A DNA stretch of 64,000 nt from Podarcis pityusensis. Its lineage: Eukaryota. A model generated the notes under the pieces. It saw nothing but the letters and a program-made list of their open reading frames with translations. It ran no database searches and was not told the origin of the DNA. The stretch lies in NCBI GenBank assembly GCA_964106645.2, contig OZ067048.1. One strand, 5' to 3'. The position numbers and the translations under genes are program-made. Positions 11,301 through 24,800 of the stretch are shown here, one piece after another (the first letter of the stretch is position 1; the number at the start of each line of letters is the position of its first letter).

Positions 11301-14052
11301 GTGATCAACGAAGGGCATTAATTATATCGGATGAGGTAAACTTCTTTGTGTTGCAGATGATGAAATAGAATAAATGGTCAGTTTTTCTGTTTTGAAAATA
11401 AGTTCCTTTTACATATTTGATACATTTATAAATCACTTAACTGGGAGAGAGATGGGTTAGAGTGTTTTCTGTAGTAGCAGAACTCAACTGCAGATGATTT
11501 GGGAGTGTTCTAAAATATATGAGTTTAATGTGGGCTGATTATGGATTCAGTTTGCAAACTTCACCAAGCTCACTTTCTGTTTTGTTCACCCAAATCTGAT
11601 TGAAATCAGGGGAGAAAAACAGCAGATGTTATGTCAAATATTCCTTTGGAGGCAAAATTCCATTCTGCAGTGCCAACAGTTATACTAGCAGTAAATGGAA
11701 ATGTTCTTTTGGTTGCAAAACGGGTGTGATTAAACTGGAATGTATAAAAAAGCAAATTTCTTTCAGATAACAGAAAAAGGAATCACAGACCATAATGCGG
11801 GGGTGGAAAAGTCTAATGTCACAACACAGGAGTCAGAGACTACAGAGCTTGCTCAGAGGTCTACATCTGTTGTGGTAAGCCTTCCATCCACTTTCCTTTC
11901 GCCAGAACATATTAAATCACAGATATGCATGGCAATATGGTTGGTGCAGGAGTAATAAACTTGCTGCTTGTCACTTCTGTTGCTCTTGTTGCTTCAAGAG
12001 CCTGGACCTCATATCTGCTAGGTGAAGTACAGCACATTGGAGTGCTCAACCTTCAAAAATGGGATTCATACGGGAGTTACAACTGCAGTGTCATGGGTAA
12101 AATCTGAAAAAAGCAAGTCCAGCTCAAGCATCACAGCAAAAAGATTCTGGTCTCATTAACCAAAGAGATTCTGGTCCCAGTTATAAGCTCTGCAGGGTGG
12201 AGGAGTGTCGTGGGTGCCCTTCTCCATGAACAGGGCAGCCCGCAGGGTTTCTGAGTCATCTTAGTTTAGATTCACAGAAGAGCAGTGGTGCAGGGCCACC
12301 ACTCCATGAAGCCTATTGCTGTGAGGGATCCAGAAATCCTGACACTGCTCATTCAGCCATTTCTGGAAGCACTGGTTCAGAGGTGGTGACTTGGGCCACA
12401 GATCATGGGTGTCCAGCAGTGCTGATGTAACACGTTGTCATGGTGTCAGATTACATCGCTCCTGGAAGTGGCGTCAGAGTTCCTGCAAGGCCTAGGACGC
12501 CACTTTCAAGGCCCCGCGAGACCTCAGGTGGGACGTCCAGGACCTCATGAGGAATCAGAGGTCCCATCCGAGGCCTTGTAAGGCCTTGAAAGTGGAAAGT
12601 GTAGGCCTCATGCAGACTCTGCATGAGGCCTACAGTTCTGCATGAGGAACCAGAAGTGGCACTGGAGGATCTGCAAGGCCTAGGACGCCACTTCCAAGGG
12701 CCTCGGATGGGACCTGGAAGTCACATCCAAGACCCCACAAAATGTGTGCTGAGCATACACAATTATGTTTTTGTGGCTGCCTGGGCCCCCAGGGCCCCCT
12801 CAAGTTGGTGTCAGTGCACTGGTTCTAGTAGCCGGGACCCATTTTCCCACACCTGTTGCTGCAGATCATATCTGCCCGAGAGCGGGTGGCACTGTGGTCT
12901 AAACCACTGAGCCTCTTGGGCTTGCTGATCAGAAAGTCGATGGTTTGATTCCCTGCGATGGGGTGAGCTCCCATTGCTCTGTCCCAGCTCCTGCCAACCT
13001 AGCAGTTCAAAAGCATGCCAGTGCAAGTAGATAAATAGGTACTGCTGTGACAGGAAGGTAAACGGTGTTTCTATGCACTCGGGCTTCTGTCACAGTGTTC
13101 AGTTGTGCCAGAAGCGGTTTAGTCATGCTGGCTGCATGACCCGGAAAGCTGTCTGTGAACAAATGCTGCTCCCTCAGCTTGAAAGCGAGATGAGCGCGGC
13201 AACCCCATAGTTGCCTTGGACTGGACTTAACCGTCCAGGGGTCCTTTACCTTCTTCTTTTTTTTAACCAGTAATGAAACAGATTTGGGAGGACAGGAGGG
13301 CGGCTTCACCAGACTTTCTCTTTAGACAAATAGGCTCAGCGTATTGATACGAGTCTCCTCTTTTCAGGCCAAGCAATGGATATTTGGGTCCCATCATGGA
13401 TTTTGGCTGGGGATCTGTGCTGTGCCTAATCAGTGATGTTGCTGGCACTATGCAGAGAGTGCAGAGACTGCACTCAGGCAGCCACATTCCAGACTGCCCT
13501 TCAGATTGCACTGGTGCCAGGAGCCAGGACTCAGATTTAGGAAAATGTAGTACCCTTAAAACAGAAGTACTTTCTTCCAGGCAGGAATATATTTGGATTT
13601 CACACAAATAATAAGCTCCAACTCTTTATTTATTGCACTGTACACCTGAAAATCTGGGAAAGCCCTGAGAGAGAGCAGTCAAAGAAAGAGCTACTTCAGA
13701 TTACAATAGTGTGTGGTTTATTTCATCTCCTTCTAAACAAGGTTTAGAAGGTTCAGTGTAGTTTCAGCCTGTCTTGGTAATTTAGATACATTGTCGCACA
13801 TTATGCTAGGTACAGCACTTCAATTGTCTGAGATGGTGATCAAGATTTGTTCCTCTCCCTCAGGTGGAGATGGAGGAAGCGCATAATGGTTTGCCACAAA
13901 AGAAACTTCTGTTGGAAGTGAAAGCCACCTTGGAGCTGGTCAAAGGGTCTTTACAGAAACGGGAGACAGAGATCAGTGACATTCTGCAAAATGGACATTG
14001 GTGTAACTCTCAAATTACAGATATGTTGTTGACAGAGTCTACTGTATATTAG
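8344..14052 (+). CDS. Uncharacterised coiled-coil protein, 3' part: join(8344-8466,9414-9506,10647-10707,11223-11335,11767-11874,13864-14052)
   Basis: Six AG/GT-bounded exons (123, 93, 61, 113, 108, 189 nt) splice in phase (0,0,1,0,0) with no internal stops. The product is rich in E/K/Q/L heptads: EQAMMALENQYSNKMKNLRAQLEAYQETVDKKNQYWQDTTK/KLKEENRILRQEKEELANQITLQKEKWGDEK/AWLLRSTTQKLDCLHNQHTL/TIEELQRSRVNLEKVEKIV.../ITEKG.../VEMEE...LLEVKATLELVKGSLQKRETEISDIL...*. The 5' end is unresolved. Confidence 0.8.
8552..8645. repeat. Near-perfect 94-nt hairpin
   Basis: 25-bp and 14-bp perfect stems separated by a 2-nt break, with a 13-nt AT loop. Confidence 0.9.
9010..9285 (-). mobile_element. L2-type LINE 3' fragment with (GAT)n/(ATC)n tail
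   Basis: Reverse-complement homolog of 39470-39760; microsatellite tail at 8980-9009. Confidence 0.6.
12878..13255 (+). mobile_element. Full-length Sauria SINE
   Basis: tRNA-like head (gggtggcactgtggtctaaaccac..., B-box-like ggtttgattccc), Sauria body and ggggtcctttacctt tail. Confidence 0.85.
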
Positions 14053-14185
14053 CTAGTGAAGATACATTTGCTTAGTTAAGACACAGACCAGATATGGGCT
14101 GATGCTTCTATCCTAAATGCTCTTTGGACTAGGATTTAGTTTACACTGTCTGTCTCTAATAGTGAGCAAAACTGGTCTCTGAACA

Positions 14186-14339
14186 CAGATCCACACCATA
14201 CATTTAAAGCACATGACTTCTCCAAAATAATATCAGGAACTATAGTTTACCCTCATAGAGCTCCAATTCCAAACACCCTACAGATCCTAGGATTCTTTGG
14301 AGGGAAGGTTTAAAGTTTTAAATGTTTGGTGTGGATCTG
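14186..14339. mobile_element. Short MITE with terminal inverted repeats
   Basis: CAGATCCACACCATACATTTAAA ... TTTAAATGTTTGGTGTGGATCTG; a related copy at about 4350-5040 hosts the pogo-type MITE. Confidence 0.6.
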
Positions 14340-14961
14340 CCCTAAAACGAAACAGGAATGTTCTGCTCCCTCACCATCTCCATGAACTGGGTGAGAGCCA
14401 GAGCATCCCTCAAAGCATTGCTGCTTGTCTTCTCTGCCCTGGGGGTGGGAAGATGAGCAGCAATGTCACGTGCTGGAACGCCTCCCTCTTGCCTGGGAGG
14501 GGGTGCTGCAGCGGCAGCAGTGGGGCAGGCGGGGTGCCGCCTCTTGCGCTTCTACTGCCTGAAGCAGGTGCTTCCCCCTCCCTCATCGGTGGGCCAGCTC
14601 TGTGAGCGTGGACCCAAGGAAATTACTATGCATGACTAAGTTAGATTCAGTGAGTTTACTCTTCCCATGCATTTAAAGCACTATTTTATCACTTTAACGA
14701 TCAAGGCTTCTCCCAGAGAATCCTGGGCACTGTAGTTTGTTAAGGTGCTGAGAATTGTGAAGAAGTGCCTATTCCCTTTACAGAACTACAATCCCCAGAG
14801 CACTTTAACAACTGAAATTTTGCAATGCAAAGTACCCTATGCAAATTAGCCTAATTTGCACAGGAAAGTTATCCTGTTCAAAATTTCTCAGAAAACCTAC
14901 TTCAATGTTCTATACAGAGAGACATAAAGACTTAGATTAAATGCTATTTATATTTCTTTTT

Positions 14962-15905
14962 CATAGAATCATAGAATCATAGAGTTGGAAGAGACCACAA
15001 GGGCCATCGAGTCCAACCCCCTGCCAAGCAGGAAACACCATCAGAGCACTCCTGACATATGGTTGTCAAGCCTCTGCTTAAAGACCTCCAAAGAAGGAGA
15101 CTCCACCACACTCCTTGGCAGCAAATTCCACTGTCGAACAGCTCTTACTGTCAGGAAGTTCTTCCTAATGTTTAGGTGGAATCTTCTTTCTTGTAGTTTG
15201 GATCCATTGCTCCGTGTCCGCTTCTCTAGAGCAGCAGAAAACAACCTTTCTCCCTCCTCTATGTGACATCCTTTTATATATTTGAACATGGCTATCATAT
15301 CACCCCTTAACCTCCTCTTCTCCAGGCTAAACATGCCCAGCTCTCTTAGCCGTTCCTCATAAGGCATTGTTTCCAGGCCTTTGACCATTTTGGTTGCCCT
15401 CCTCTAAGCTAGTACATCTAAGCTAGTATTCTTGTACTATCTCCTTAGTTATTCTGGGCTGTGTTTCCTCTGCTGAATCATTTGCTCCAAATTCTTCAGG
15501 TCGGGCATTGTTTTCTTTATCGGAGAAGACTGAGGCAAAGAAGGCATTGAGGAGTTCAGCCCTTTCTGTGTCCCCTGTTTGCATTTCACCATCTTCTCCT
15601 CTGAGTGACCCCACTGTTTCTTTGTTCTTCCTTTTGCTACAAACATACCCATAAAAGCCTTTTTTGTTGCTTTTAACCTCTCTAGCAAGCCTGAGTTCAT
15701 TCTGTGCTTTAGCTTTTCTGACTTTGTGTCTACACGTGCTGGCTATTTGTTTGAATTCCTCTTTGGTGGTTTCCCCGCTTTTCCATTTTTTGTACACATC
15801 CTTTTTTAATCTTAACTCAGTTAAAAGTTCTTTAGATAGCCACCCTGGCTTCTTTAGGCACCTTCCATGTTTCCGTCTCATTGGTATTGCCTGACGTTGT
15901 GCTTT
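14962..15905 (-). mobile_element. CR1 LINE fragment with large internal deletion
   Basis: ORF 15423..15881 (EN-RT linker: PGWL..., KKGFY.YV, AELLNAFFASVF) is joined directly to ORF 15041..15388 (ORF2 C-terminus) and the CR1 tail. Confidence 0.88.
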
Positions 15906-18711
15906 TTGATATGCCTTCTTTATGTTTTCTCAAATAGGAGGGGGGAGGTTTTTGATTGTCCCCAGGTTGTTGAAATCTCTAACCAGTCTTATCTGACTGC
16001 TGCAAGTTGCTGCTGTTTGTACAATCATATATCCATCTGTTCATAGTAAGGAAACTGACTAGGCTCATGTCAGCCTACAGATATCTAGGTACCTTGACTT
16101 ACTAAGCTTTGAGCAGGTTAGTCGCTGATAACAATATGAAATATACTAGTGTAGTACAAACATTTACAGAACATTTACCTCATCTTTTTCCTTTTAAAAG
16201 TAAAAATAAAACGTGTTTAGTTTTACTGACAGCACTCAAAGGTCCCCTGCTGTGACACTGTGGTGCCAAAATATATTTGTTGTCCTCCAACCCCAACCCC
16301 CACATTTGTCCATTTTAAGAAAAGCTGACTAGTTCCACAGGTACCCCACAGTGAGGTTGTGATTCCAAAAGTTTTTTGCGACCCCCCCCCCAAAGCTCCC
16401 TCAGATGTGTCCATTTTTAAAACCTCCTTTGGCCATGTTTGCTCTGGGGCCAGGACCCCTTTGACATGTGCTGCCCAGAGGGTTGGGTACGGTTCAGTGC
16501 AGCCCTCGCTCCAAAAAGGGGTCATCTTGGTTTAGTGAGCTACTGTGAACCTCAGGTTCACATATTCACCTCTCCTGCCCTACTTTCCTTAGCCATCAGC
16601 TGTCACGGCCTGCCAACTGCAGCTAACATTAACTGTGGTTTGTTCCAAACTAGGCAGCTTCAAACCACTGTTACTGAATCCAGCTTAGAATCATAGAATT
16701 GTTGAGATGGGAGGGACTGAGGACCAGCCTCTGCAATGCAGGAATAGTTTGCCCCATACGCATGACACAAAGATTAAGAGTCTCTTGCTCTACTGACTGA
16801 GTTTGTATAAACTTATAATAATCAATATTAACCACTGTTCCAGGCCCAAATAACATAGCAAGCTGTGGCTAATCAAAAGCAGAAATGAGAGTTTTTGAAC
16901 CCTTTTCTCCAGTGAGGAATGAGAGCTGCAGCTCATTCTGCTAAACAGGCAGAATGATGTGAAAATAACTTATGAATGCCATTATTGGCTAGAACTAAAA
17001 GTAAATGAAATGATAGTCAAAACACACCACAGGGATTCAAAACTGACCACTTTTAAGTGATACCTTTTTCTCATAAGTACATGGCACATTCTATCTACAT
17101 ATGATTGTTTTCTGAATAGAAAGAAGCTGAAGATACTGGTTGTTACATTTTTAAAAAATCCTACTTCCCACCACAAAGCATATTGCTGACATATTCTCTG
17201 TATGATCACTTACTAAGAAGGTACATTTTCAAGATTTATTCATAAGATTGACAAGCTGCTTGATCAAAGAACTCTGCAGAGCACAAATACAACTGTAGAT
17301 AACATATAGCTAAAATCCACAAACCAATTAAAAAGCAAATATACATAAAATGATGATTCAAGCACTGATAAATAAAAGTTTAAAAACAAATATAGTTAGC
17401 TAAAGTTATTTATTTACTTTGAACATGTAAAATCTGCTCTTTCCACCTTCTACACACACTTCCTCTTCCTGATGGCAGTTTGTGCAGTAAAAGTACAGAG
17501 CTCCTTGGCTCCGTGCCTTGTTTTCATTCTAACTTTGCCCAGCTGTACTAGTTTTACCCAGTCCTCCCTCCTACACTGTCCACTCTGCATACTTGGGATC
17601 CTTTCATGGATCTGGCCTCAGCTTAGACTGCAACTGTCTTGTTCCCTCCTGTTATGGTGCTGTGCCACCTATCACGCCTCCAGAAAGTGAGATGAGAAGC
17701 AGCTGGCCAGAGTTCTCCCAGGCTGGAATTCATATGAGAGAAAAAGAGCCAGTCTTCATGGACTGGTCTTGTCCCTCAGCTAACCATCGTGACCAAGCCC
17801 TCTTCTCTGGTGAGATGCATCCAGGCAACAGTGCCTGCCCTCTTACCTACCACCTGAAACTCTGAACCTGTAGCAAATCTTTCTGAATTCCAGCGAGAAC
17901 TAACTTATGCCACCACATCCCACACTAAAGTGCAGATCAGAACATAGTTATGCTTTGCATTTTGCACGTCTCCAAAGTTTGTGTTTCAGTTCTTGGTTCA
18001 ATAAAGCAGCAAATATACATTTAAAATGCTTAGTTTAGAGCCAGGGGGATTTAGAACTGTGTATTTTGTGAGGAAATATGCTAATTTTCATTCTTAATTT
18101 TTTGATGAAAAACAGAAGAGGGCAGATAGGATTGATGAAGATGTGCAAAAGTGATAGAGACTGATCTGTCCAATCGCCATCCCTCCCGGGGCGTAACAGT
18201 CAAACACCTTTGGCAGTCTAACAGAGAATTTGATATATTATTTCAAGCAAGGTAAACGAAGAACAGGTCCTTGCCATCAACATTCATTACCTCCCAATGT
18301 TATCAATGACCTTTCTTGCTGTCCTGTCTATTTCATTACCAGTTTTGCCATTTTTCTCTCAGAATTACATTGTGCTTGTTATTGTACATGGAATATGCTT
18401 TTGGCTGATCAATTAATGAAGCTTGTTAGGAAAATATGCACTGTACCCATTTTGCTAAAAGGACAGAAATTGTTCTAAGCACAGAAAGTATAGCAGAGAT
18501 GAGAGCCTTCATGTGAAATTGCAAACCACACAACACCGAAAGAAAAGAAATCCACTGAAATATGCCTGTTTCTAATGTACAAAGTAATAAACATTATTTT
18601 CCCAACATTTTTCAAAACAGCGAATGCAACAGTTCCAGGGACAGTTAAGATAAGTGCCAGGAGTTCAACAAAGCAGGAAACTCAGGAGTGGAGATTAAGC
18701 TAAAAATATAT

Positions 18712-18984
18712 GTTGTTGTTGTTGTTTAGTCATGTCTTTGTGACCCCCTGGACCAGAGCAGGCCAGGCACTCCTGTCTTCCCCTGCCTCCCGCAGTTTGG
18801 TCAAACTCATGCTGGTAGCTTCGAGAACACTGTCCCACCATCTCGTCCTCTGTCGTCCCCTTCTCCTTGTGCCCTCCATCTTTCCCATCATCAGGGTCTT
18901 TTCCAGGCAGTCTTCTCTTCTCATGAGGTGGCCAAAGTCTTGGAGCCTCAGCTTCAGGATCTGTCCTTCCAGTGAGCACTCAGG
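18712..18984 (-). mobile_element. Bov-B (RTE) LINE 3' fragment
   Basis: Translates to LEGQILKLRLQ.FGHLMRRED.LEKTLM.GKMEG.RRRGRQR; (CAA)n tail. Confidence 0.9.
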
Positions 18985-21010
18985 GCATATAGAAAAGCAT
19001 TTAAAAGCAGAAGAGTTCAGCTGAGTTGGAGAAAAGAACTTGCTGTAAGAGATATTCAAATTGTTTCAATATGTTGTTTCAAGAAAATCGCAACAGAATT
19101 TTCCTTTTTCTGCATTACTGCTTCAAGTGTGGACTGAAAGAAGCCTGCCCACCAACTAGGCTCACACAAATGGAACATGAGTTTGAACTTTGAAGCTCTC
19201 AGCTCATTCCTTTCAAAATTAATGTGAAGTAGTTCTTGATATTAGTCCCTGTCTGCTGAGAATGAATATAAGTCTCTGATCTGAAAAGGATTGTCCTTGG
19301 AGTTGGAGAACAAGCTATTCTCAAACTTTCCTCCCCCACCCAAATTGCTACCCCCTTCCTAAACTTAGGCAAGTTTCCCCCAATCCGGTCTTTTGAATTA
19401 GAATTCGCATCAGCCACAGCCAGCATTGTCAATTGTGTATTTATTAAAATATTTATAGACTACACTTCCACAGCAGGGCAGAAGGTGGAATACAGCATAC
19501 AGAATTACAATAAGGAGAATAAAAATGTCAATAAAAACATCAGGTAAAACATTAATACTGGTTAGTGAAAAGAAATTCCCGTGGCAAAGGTCTGACTAAA
19601 ATCATTTTTAAAAGGCATCCAAAAGGCAGCAGGAATGAAAATTGCCAAGTCTCTACTAGCAAGGAGTTCCACGGAGCAGGGCTGACACACTAAAGTCTCA
19701 GTCCCTAGTAAAGGCCACTCAAACTCCATGGGCATCGGGAACCACCAGAAGTGCCCCATCAGACGATCTCAGTGATCCAAACCAGAGCATAAGGAAACAG
19801 ACAGAGCTTGTTAGAGATTATTTAAGAATGATTAGAGCTGTTGTCCAAAACATCTGCAGGTTGAGGAAGGCTGGTTCAAGCATTCAACAAGCCTCAGGAG
19901 GATAAAGAACTGCCAACACATTTTATTTTAGAAGCAATCTTGAAAATTCTTTCCACATTCATTCTGGTTGAAGTCAAAGATTGTGTTTTGTGACTGCCTC
20001 TGCCACCTACTTGCTTTTTAAATGAACTTTTTGTTCAGGCCAGGTGAATGGCTTTTGCCTCATAAGAATATCCGCATAAGAATAGTGGAATACCCTAGGC
20101 TTACATTATAGATATAGCTGGCCCTGCTGTCTATCAATTGTTCAATGAACTAATGTAAAACAATAAGGCAAACATAGTTTAAAATAATGACAAGACTGGT
20201 GGCATCTCAAAAATCTAAAAATTTTATTTGGCCCAACCAGTGCTTCTTTTCCCTAGAAAAATAGGTGCAAGTAGTCACCATGAAGTTGCTAACACTAAGC
20301 GTCACACTTCTTAACAGGAGCAACAAAAGAGGTGCTAGTACTGCGTATCTTTGAGTACCCCCTGGGGGGGAAAGCTCTGGGCCTAGCCTATAGAGGACCC
20401 AAGTGCACGTTGTCAGATGCATGCAAGAAGCAACAGCCTTGCATCAGCCATAACCGATTCTGGCAACAATAACGAAACCATGGAAAGTTGTTTAGGTAAC
20501 AGTTTACAGCTACCTTGTTACAAGAGCAATGGATTTTTTATGTGGGGAAGTATATCCATTTGCTACTGCTATTTCTCCAGGGAAAAACTGCAAGGTAGGA
20601 AGAAGGCAAGGGTGGAGAAGAGTCCTGAGGCCAAACACCTTGCAACCTCTTCCCCAAGCTGGTGCTGCCCGGATGGTTTCAACTGCAGCTGACATCAGCT
20701 CAGCACAGGCACCAGGTTTCAGAATGGTGCCCAATACCTTCCAGAGTAAGATCTCTCAGTCTCTTTCTCTGCCCTCTTTCACATGCTAGGGAACAGTCTC
20801 TCGCTTTCATCTCTTTGCTTAGATACACATTCCCCTTATTTCTTAGCTTCGTTCTCTCTCTTATGGGGAAATCCCCACTTCCTGTAATGGAATCCCAGTG
20901 TAAGTGGCTTCAACAGGGGAGCCACAGAAAGAATGTGGTTCATCAAGCTGTGGGCTCAAAAACCTCTGGGTCACCTTCTTACAGAAGCCATTAGATGTAA
21001 CATCAGGAGA

Positions 21011-21195
21011 CATAGGAGCCAACGCCTAGGGGCTGTGGTGGCTTTGGCCCCCACAATAAAATATTTGAGGGGGCCTCCACAAAGTTGATGGGCCTTCCCA
21101 TTCAAATGGTGTGTGTGCACTGCATCGTGTGATCAATTATGCGGTGTGGGGCTTACCTGGGCCCCCACAGTATTTTATTCAAGTTGGCTCCCCTG
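21011..21195. mobile_element. hAT-type MITE downstream of the CYP1D1 stop
   Basis: TIR CATAGGAGCCAAC...GTTGGCTCCCCTG; 8-bp TSD TCAGGAGA/TCGGGAGA. Confidence 0.75.
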
Positions 21196-21561
21196 TCGGG
21201 AGACCAAGTTAAGAGCAGCAATTCCCTCCACCAGCTCAGGGTCTTGGTACTGCAGAAGAGCCTTTCACCCTTTCACTCATCTGCATGTCCCCTCCTCCCA
21301 TAGTTCTATGCCCTGCAAGACAAAACATCAAAGATATATGGGCAACTTGCTCATGAAGAGCCTGGATTAAATTCACTCTCTAGCTAATCTCATACCTGTC
21401 ATCAGAGTGATTTTAAAAAATCATAATAAGCAAAAAACCCAGCATGGTTCTCCTGACAGATGCAATATAGTCGCACAAGGTTCATGGATTAGTTCTCACT
21501 GCATTAGTTCATACTGCATTATCATTGAGTTTTGAAAGCAAAGCTGTTGCCCTCATCACAA

Positions 21562-21844
21562 TCAAGTGCGCAATAATACTTTAATTCGGTATGGTTTAGG
21601 TGACATGGACAGCCCGTAAATTGGATTCAGATCTAGATGATCTTCAGGAGGTTTCTCCAGCCTCAGCTGCTGCAAAATGGTGGTGAGGATGACAAAGACT
21701 TCATTGCGGGCGACTTCTTCTCCCAAACATTTTCGTATTCCCATTCCAAAGATCAATACCTTCTCAGCCAAGCTCTTGTTGAGCTCTCCATTTACATTCA
21801 GAAATCTTTCTGGTTTAAACAAGTAAGGGTCTTCCCATAAAGAT
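21562..21844 (-). CDS. CYP1D1: CYP1D1 exon 7 (terminal coding), [14 protein letters not shown]...[15 protein letters not shown]...VLLRT*
   Basis: ORF 21562..21888; acceptor ttcacaacag|; PERF and heme FxxGxRxCxG motifs. Confidence 0.93.
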
Positions 21845-24800
21845 CTGTTGTGAAAAGGGGGGAACACACCATATTTTAGAGGTCCCAACTCCTACAAGAA
21901 GCAAAGCTGGCTGCTATAGTCAATGTAGGACACTTAATTTAAGTTATGCTTCACATAATTTAGCCACACCTAAGCAATGAAGAAAGCAATATTCCACTGA
22001 GATTTTTAATTCAGATTTTTGGAAGCCCACTTTTAAAATGGAAAAAAAACAATGTCCCTTGTGGAGGCAGAGATGAATTTGAAATGGAACTGATAAAAGT
22101 CTTAAGCTTTATTTGATGAAAAGACTCAAAAGCAAACAGGAAGTAGAGATTAGGTCACCCATCCATGGGATATACACATAAAGGCAGGTATCACAGGAGA
22201 GTGGCAGAGCACTTCTTGCATGCAGATGGTCCCCAATTCAATCCCCAACAGGTAGTGCTGGGAATGTGCTTGGAGAGCTGCTCCTAGTCAGTGTGGAGCA
22301 GGTGTTGGGAAACTCTGGCCCTCCAGATGTTGATGAACTACAACTTCCGTCATCCGAGGCCACTGCTTGTTTGGGCTCGCAGGAGTTGTAGTTCAACAAC
22401 ATCTGGACAACCAATGGTTGCCCTTCTGTAGACAATACTGAAGTCGATGGAGCAGTTGGGTATAAAGCACCTTCCAATGTTCCTATCAGTGGGGCACAGA
22501 GAGATGGGCTCAGAAAGAGAGAAAGCATTCGGTTTCAGTCCTGCTCACCACTGCCTTTGACCCACTGATGTCCTCTAACAGATTGCCCCCAAGAGAAAAA
22601 TGGTTGCCCTCCCCTGTATTGGGAGGTGCTTGAAATGCCCCTTGTGTTGCTGGGAGAGGAGGTCTTGCAGTGCTGCAACCAGAGAGGACACAGGCACTAT
22701 CCCTAACAAGCAAAGGTAATCCCTGATAGCAACCAAACAGGGAAGATGCATGGCTTCCACTGACAAGAGGCCACAAGGTGGGAGTCAAGAGCAGCCAGCA
22801 TGGAGGGACGTCACTGTGCACCTTGCCTCCTGGTAGTGGCACAGTTGCCAGCTGCTAAGATGGTTGGATGGGGTTGCCAGTGCACTAGCACAGCCAACGT
22901 GGCACTCCTGCCAGTCTGACCACACAGCACTGACTTCCCTGCCCCCTCTCCTCTTCCACTCTCTGCCTGGAAAGCAGCAGGGATGTCTCTGCTTGGAGAC
23001 CAGGTGTGTGTTACTGCCCAATGGTCCAATAGGAGCTTCTACCTGCCATGCTCAGAAATGCATCATGCCCCCAAGACAAGTCCCTCTCCGTCACGCCCTG
23101 TCCACCCTACGTTCCAAGCTTATGCACGGCAGACACAAGAAAAAAACAAACCCTGACTATAATGCCTTTTCTTTAAAATAGTATTGTTACTTACTCATCA
23201 TGATTCACTTGATACATATTAACGAAGATACAAGTCTTTGTGGGAATATGGTACCCATTCAGAGTGGCATCTTTGGTGGTACTGGAAACAAACACACAAG
23301 CGCATACACATCACTTTTGTTCAACACTGATATGTGGAGCTGCACAACAGCTTCACAGCAATCTACAGATAGTGGTGAGAGATCAACCCGTGGCCCCCAC
23401 CTTTCAGAAATATAATTTAGGATTGCTCCACACTGATGTACACTTCCTGCTACGATTGTCATGGTACAAACAAAAGGAACCACCAAGAATGGCCTGGGTC
23501 CATCACTGCTGGCATAAAGGGTCACTTAGATGTTATGTTGTTATGTACCAGCATTACAGATCTTGGCTTCTCCAGTTGGGGATTTAAGAGCTTTCCAAAT
23601 GTCATGGAACGTTTCATGTGAATGAAATACTGTTTTCCTTATTCATTGTTAAAATAAAACAAGATGAACGAAAGAAGAAATACACCCCACAACCCGTTTT
23701 TCATTTGAGCTGAGCAATGGTTTCTTATTTTGCCCTGTTTGTAGTACAGGCATTCCATGCTTACATCTCCTGAAGCATTTTGGGTTTCACCTTAACGCAG
23801 CTTTTCTGAATTCTGAACATGAACATTTTCTCCAGCTAAACTGCCCTCAAAGCTTCAGCCATGTACCTGTGGAGTTTTTGCCTGAGAGGGCTAACAGCAG
23901 AGATCTGGGTGGGGAGGGTGATTCAGCGCTGCCTCCTCCCAAACTCTACTTTAAAGTAAAAAGTTGAAAACATCAGGAGATCCAGAATGTAGCTTGGTTC
24001 TTAGCGAGGCTCCCAGAGAATAAGTTTATAAGGCAGCTTACAAGACCGACTGATTCTCCCACGTTCTTGCTTTCATCCTCAAATTTCACTCTCCCACTTA
24101 ATCTTGTTTATAAATTTGCTAAGTTCCTAAAGGTTGCTAAGTCACATGACAAAATTGATTTTGAATTGGTGCAAGTCTCTCTTCCTGCTCCCACCCCATT
24201 TTGGGTGGCTTAAATACTGTCAGCTGAGCTGAGGTAATGGACTTTGCTAGCATATCTCTGGCTGAGCCCCAGCTCAGCCGGGAAAGCACAGGATCCACTC
24301 TCATCCTGGTGGATTTTGAATTTGGGTGGCACTCATTTTTTCTTCAAATTGTTTGATTAAAGATGTCCAACCCCTGCATTATTATTTGTTAATTGATGTG
24401 TTTTATTTACAAATAAATATAGGCCACTTAAACAAATAAATCTTTTTTGGTGGTGCTGGTGGTGAATTTTAAACAGTTCTGCCTGAGTAGCTTTCTTGCA
24501 ATTGGTCACTTTAGGGCTAAGAGCATTATAGTATTGGGGGATGGCTAGGGGATCTAAGGGAACTGTAACAGGGTGGACAAATATCCTAAGCCACATCTTT
24601 TACCTATAAGCTAGGGAAACTCCTCATAAAATAAGACACTTCTTTCTTCAGTACTCTACTGGACACAGAATTCAATCGATGATGGCAAAAATTATCTGGA
24701 ATATTACTTCTGTGGTCAAGCCCCAGTGTTAAGGCAGAATCCAGTGATGGGAAGTAAGGGAAGGGGGGGCAGAGTGCTAACTATTCCATGCGGTCAGTTA

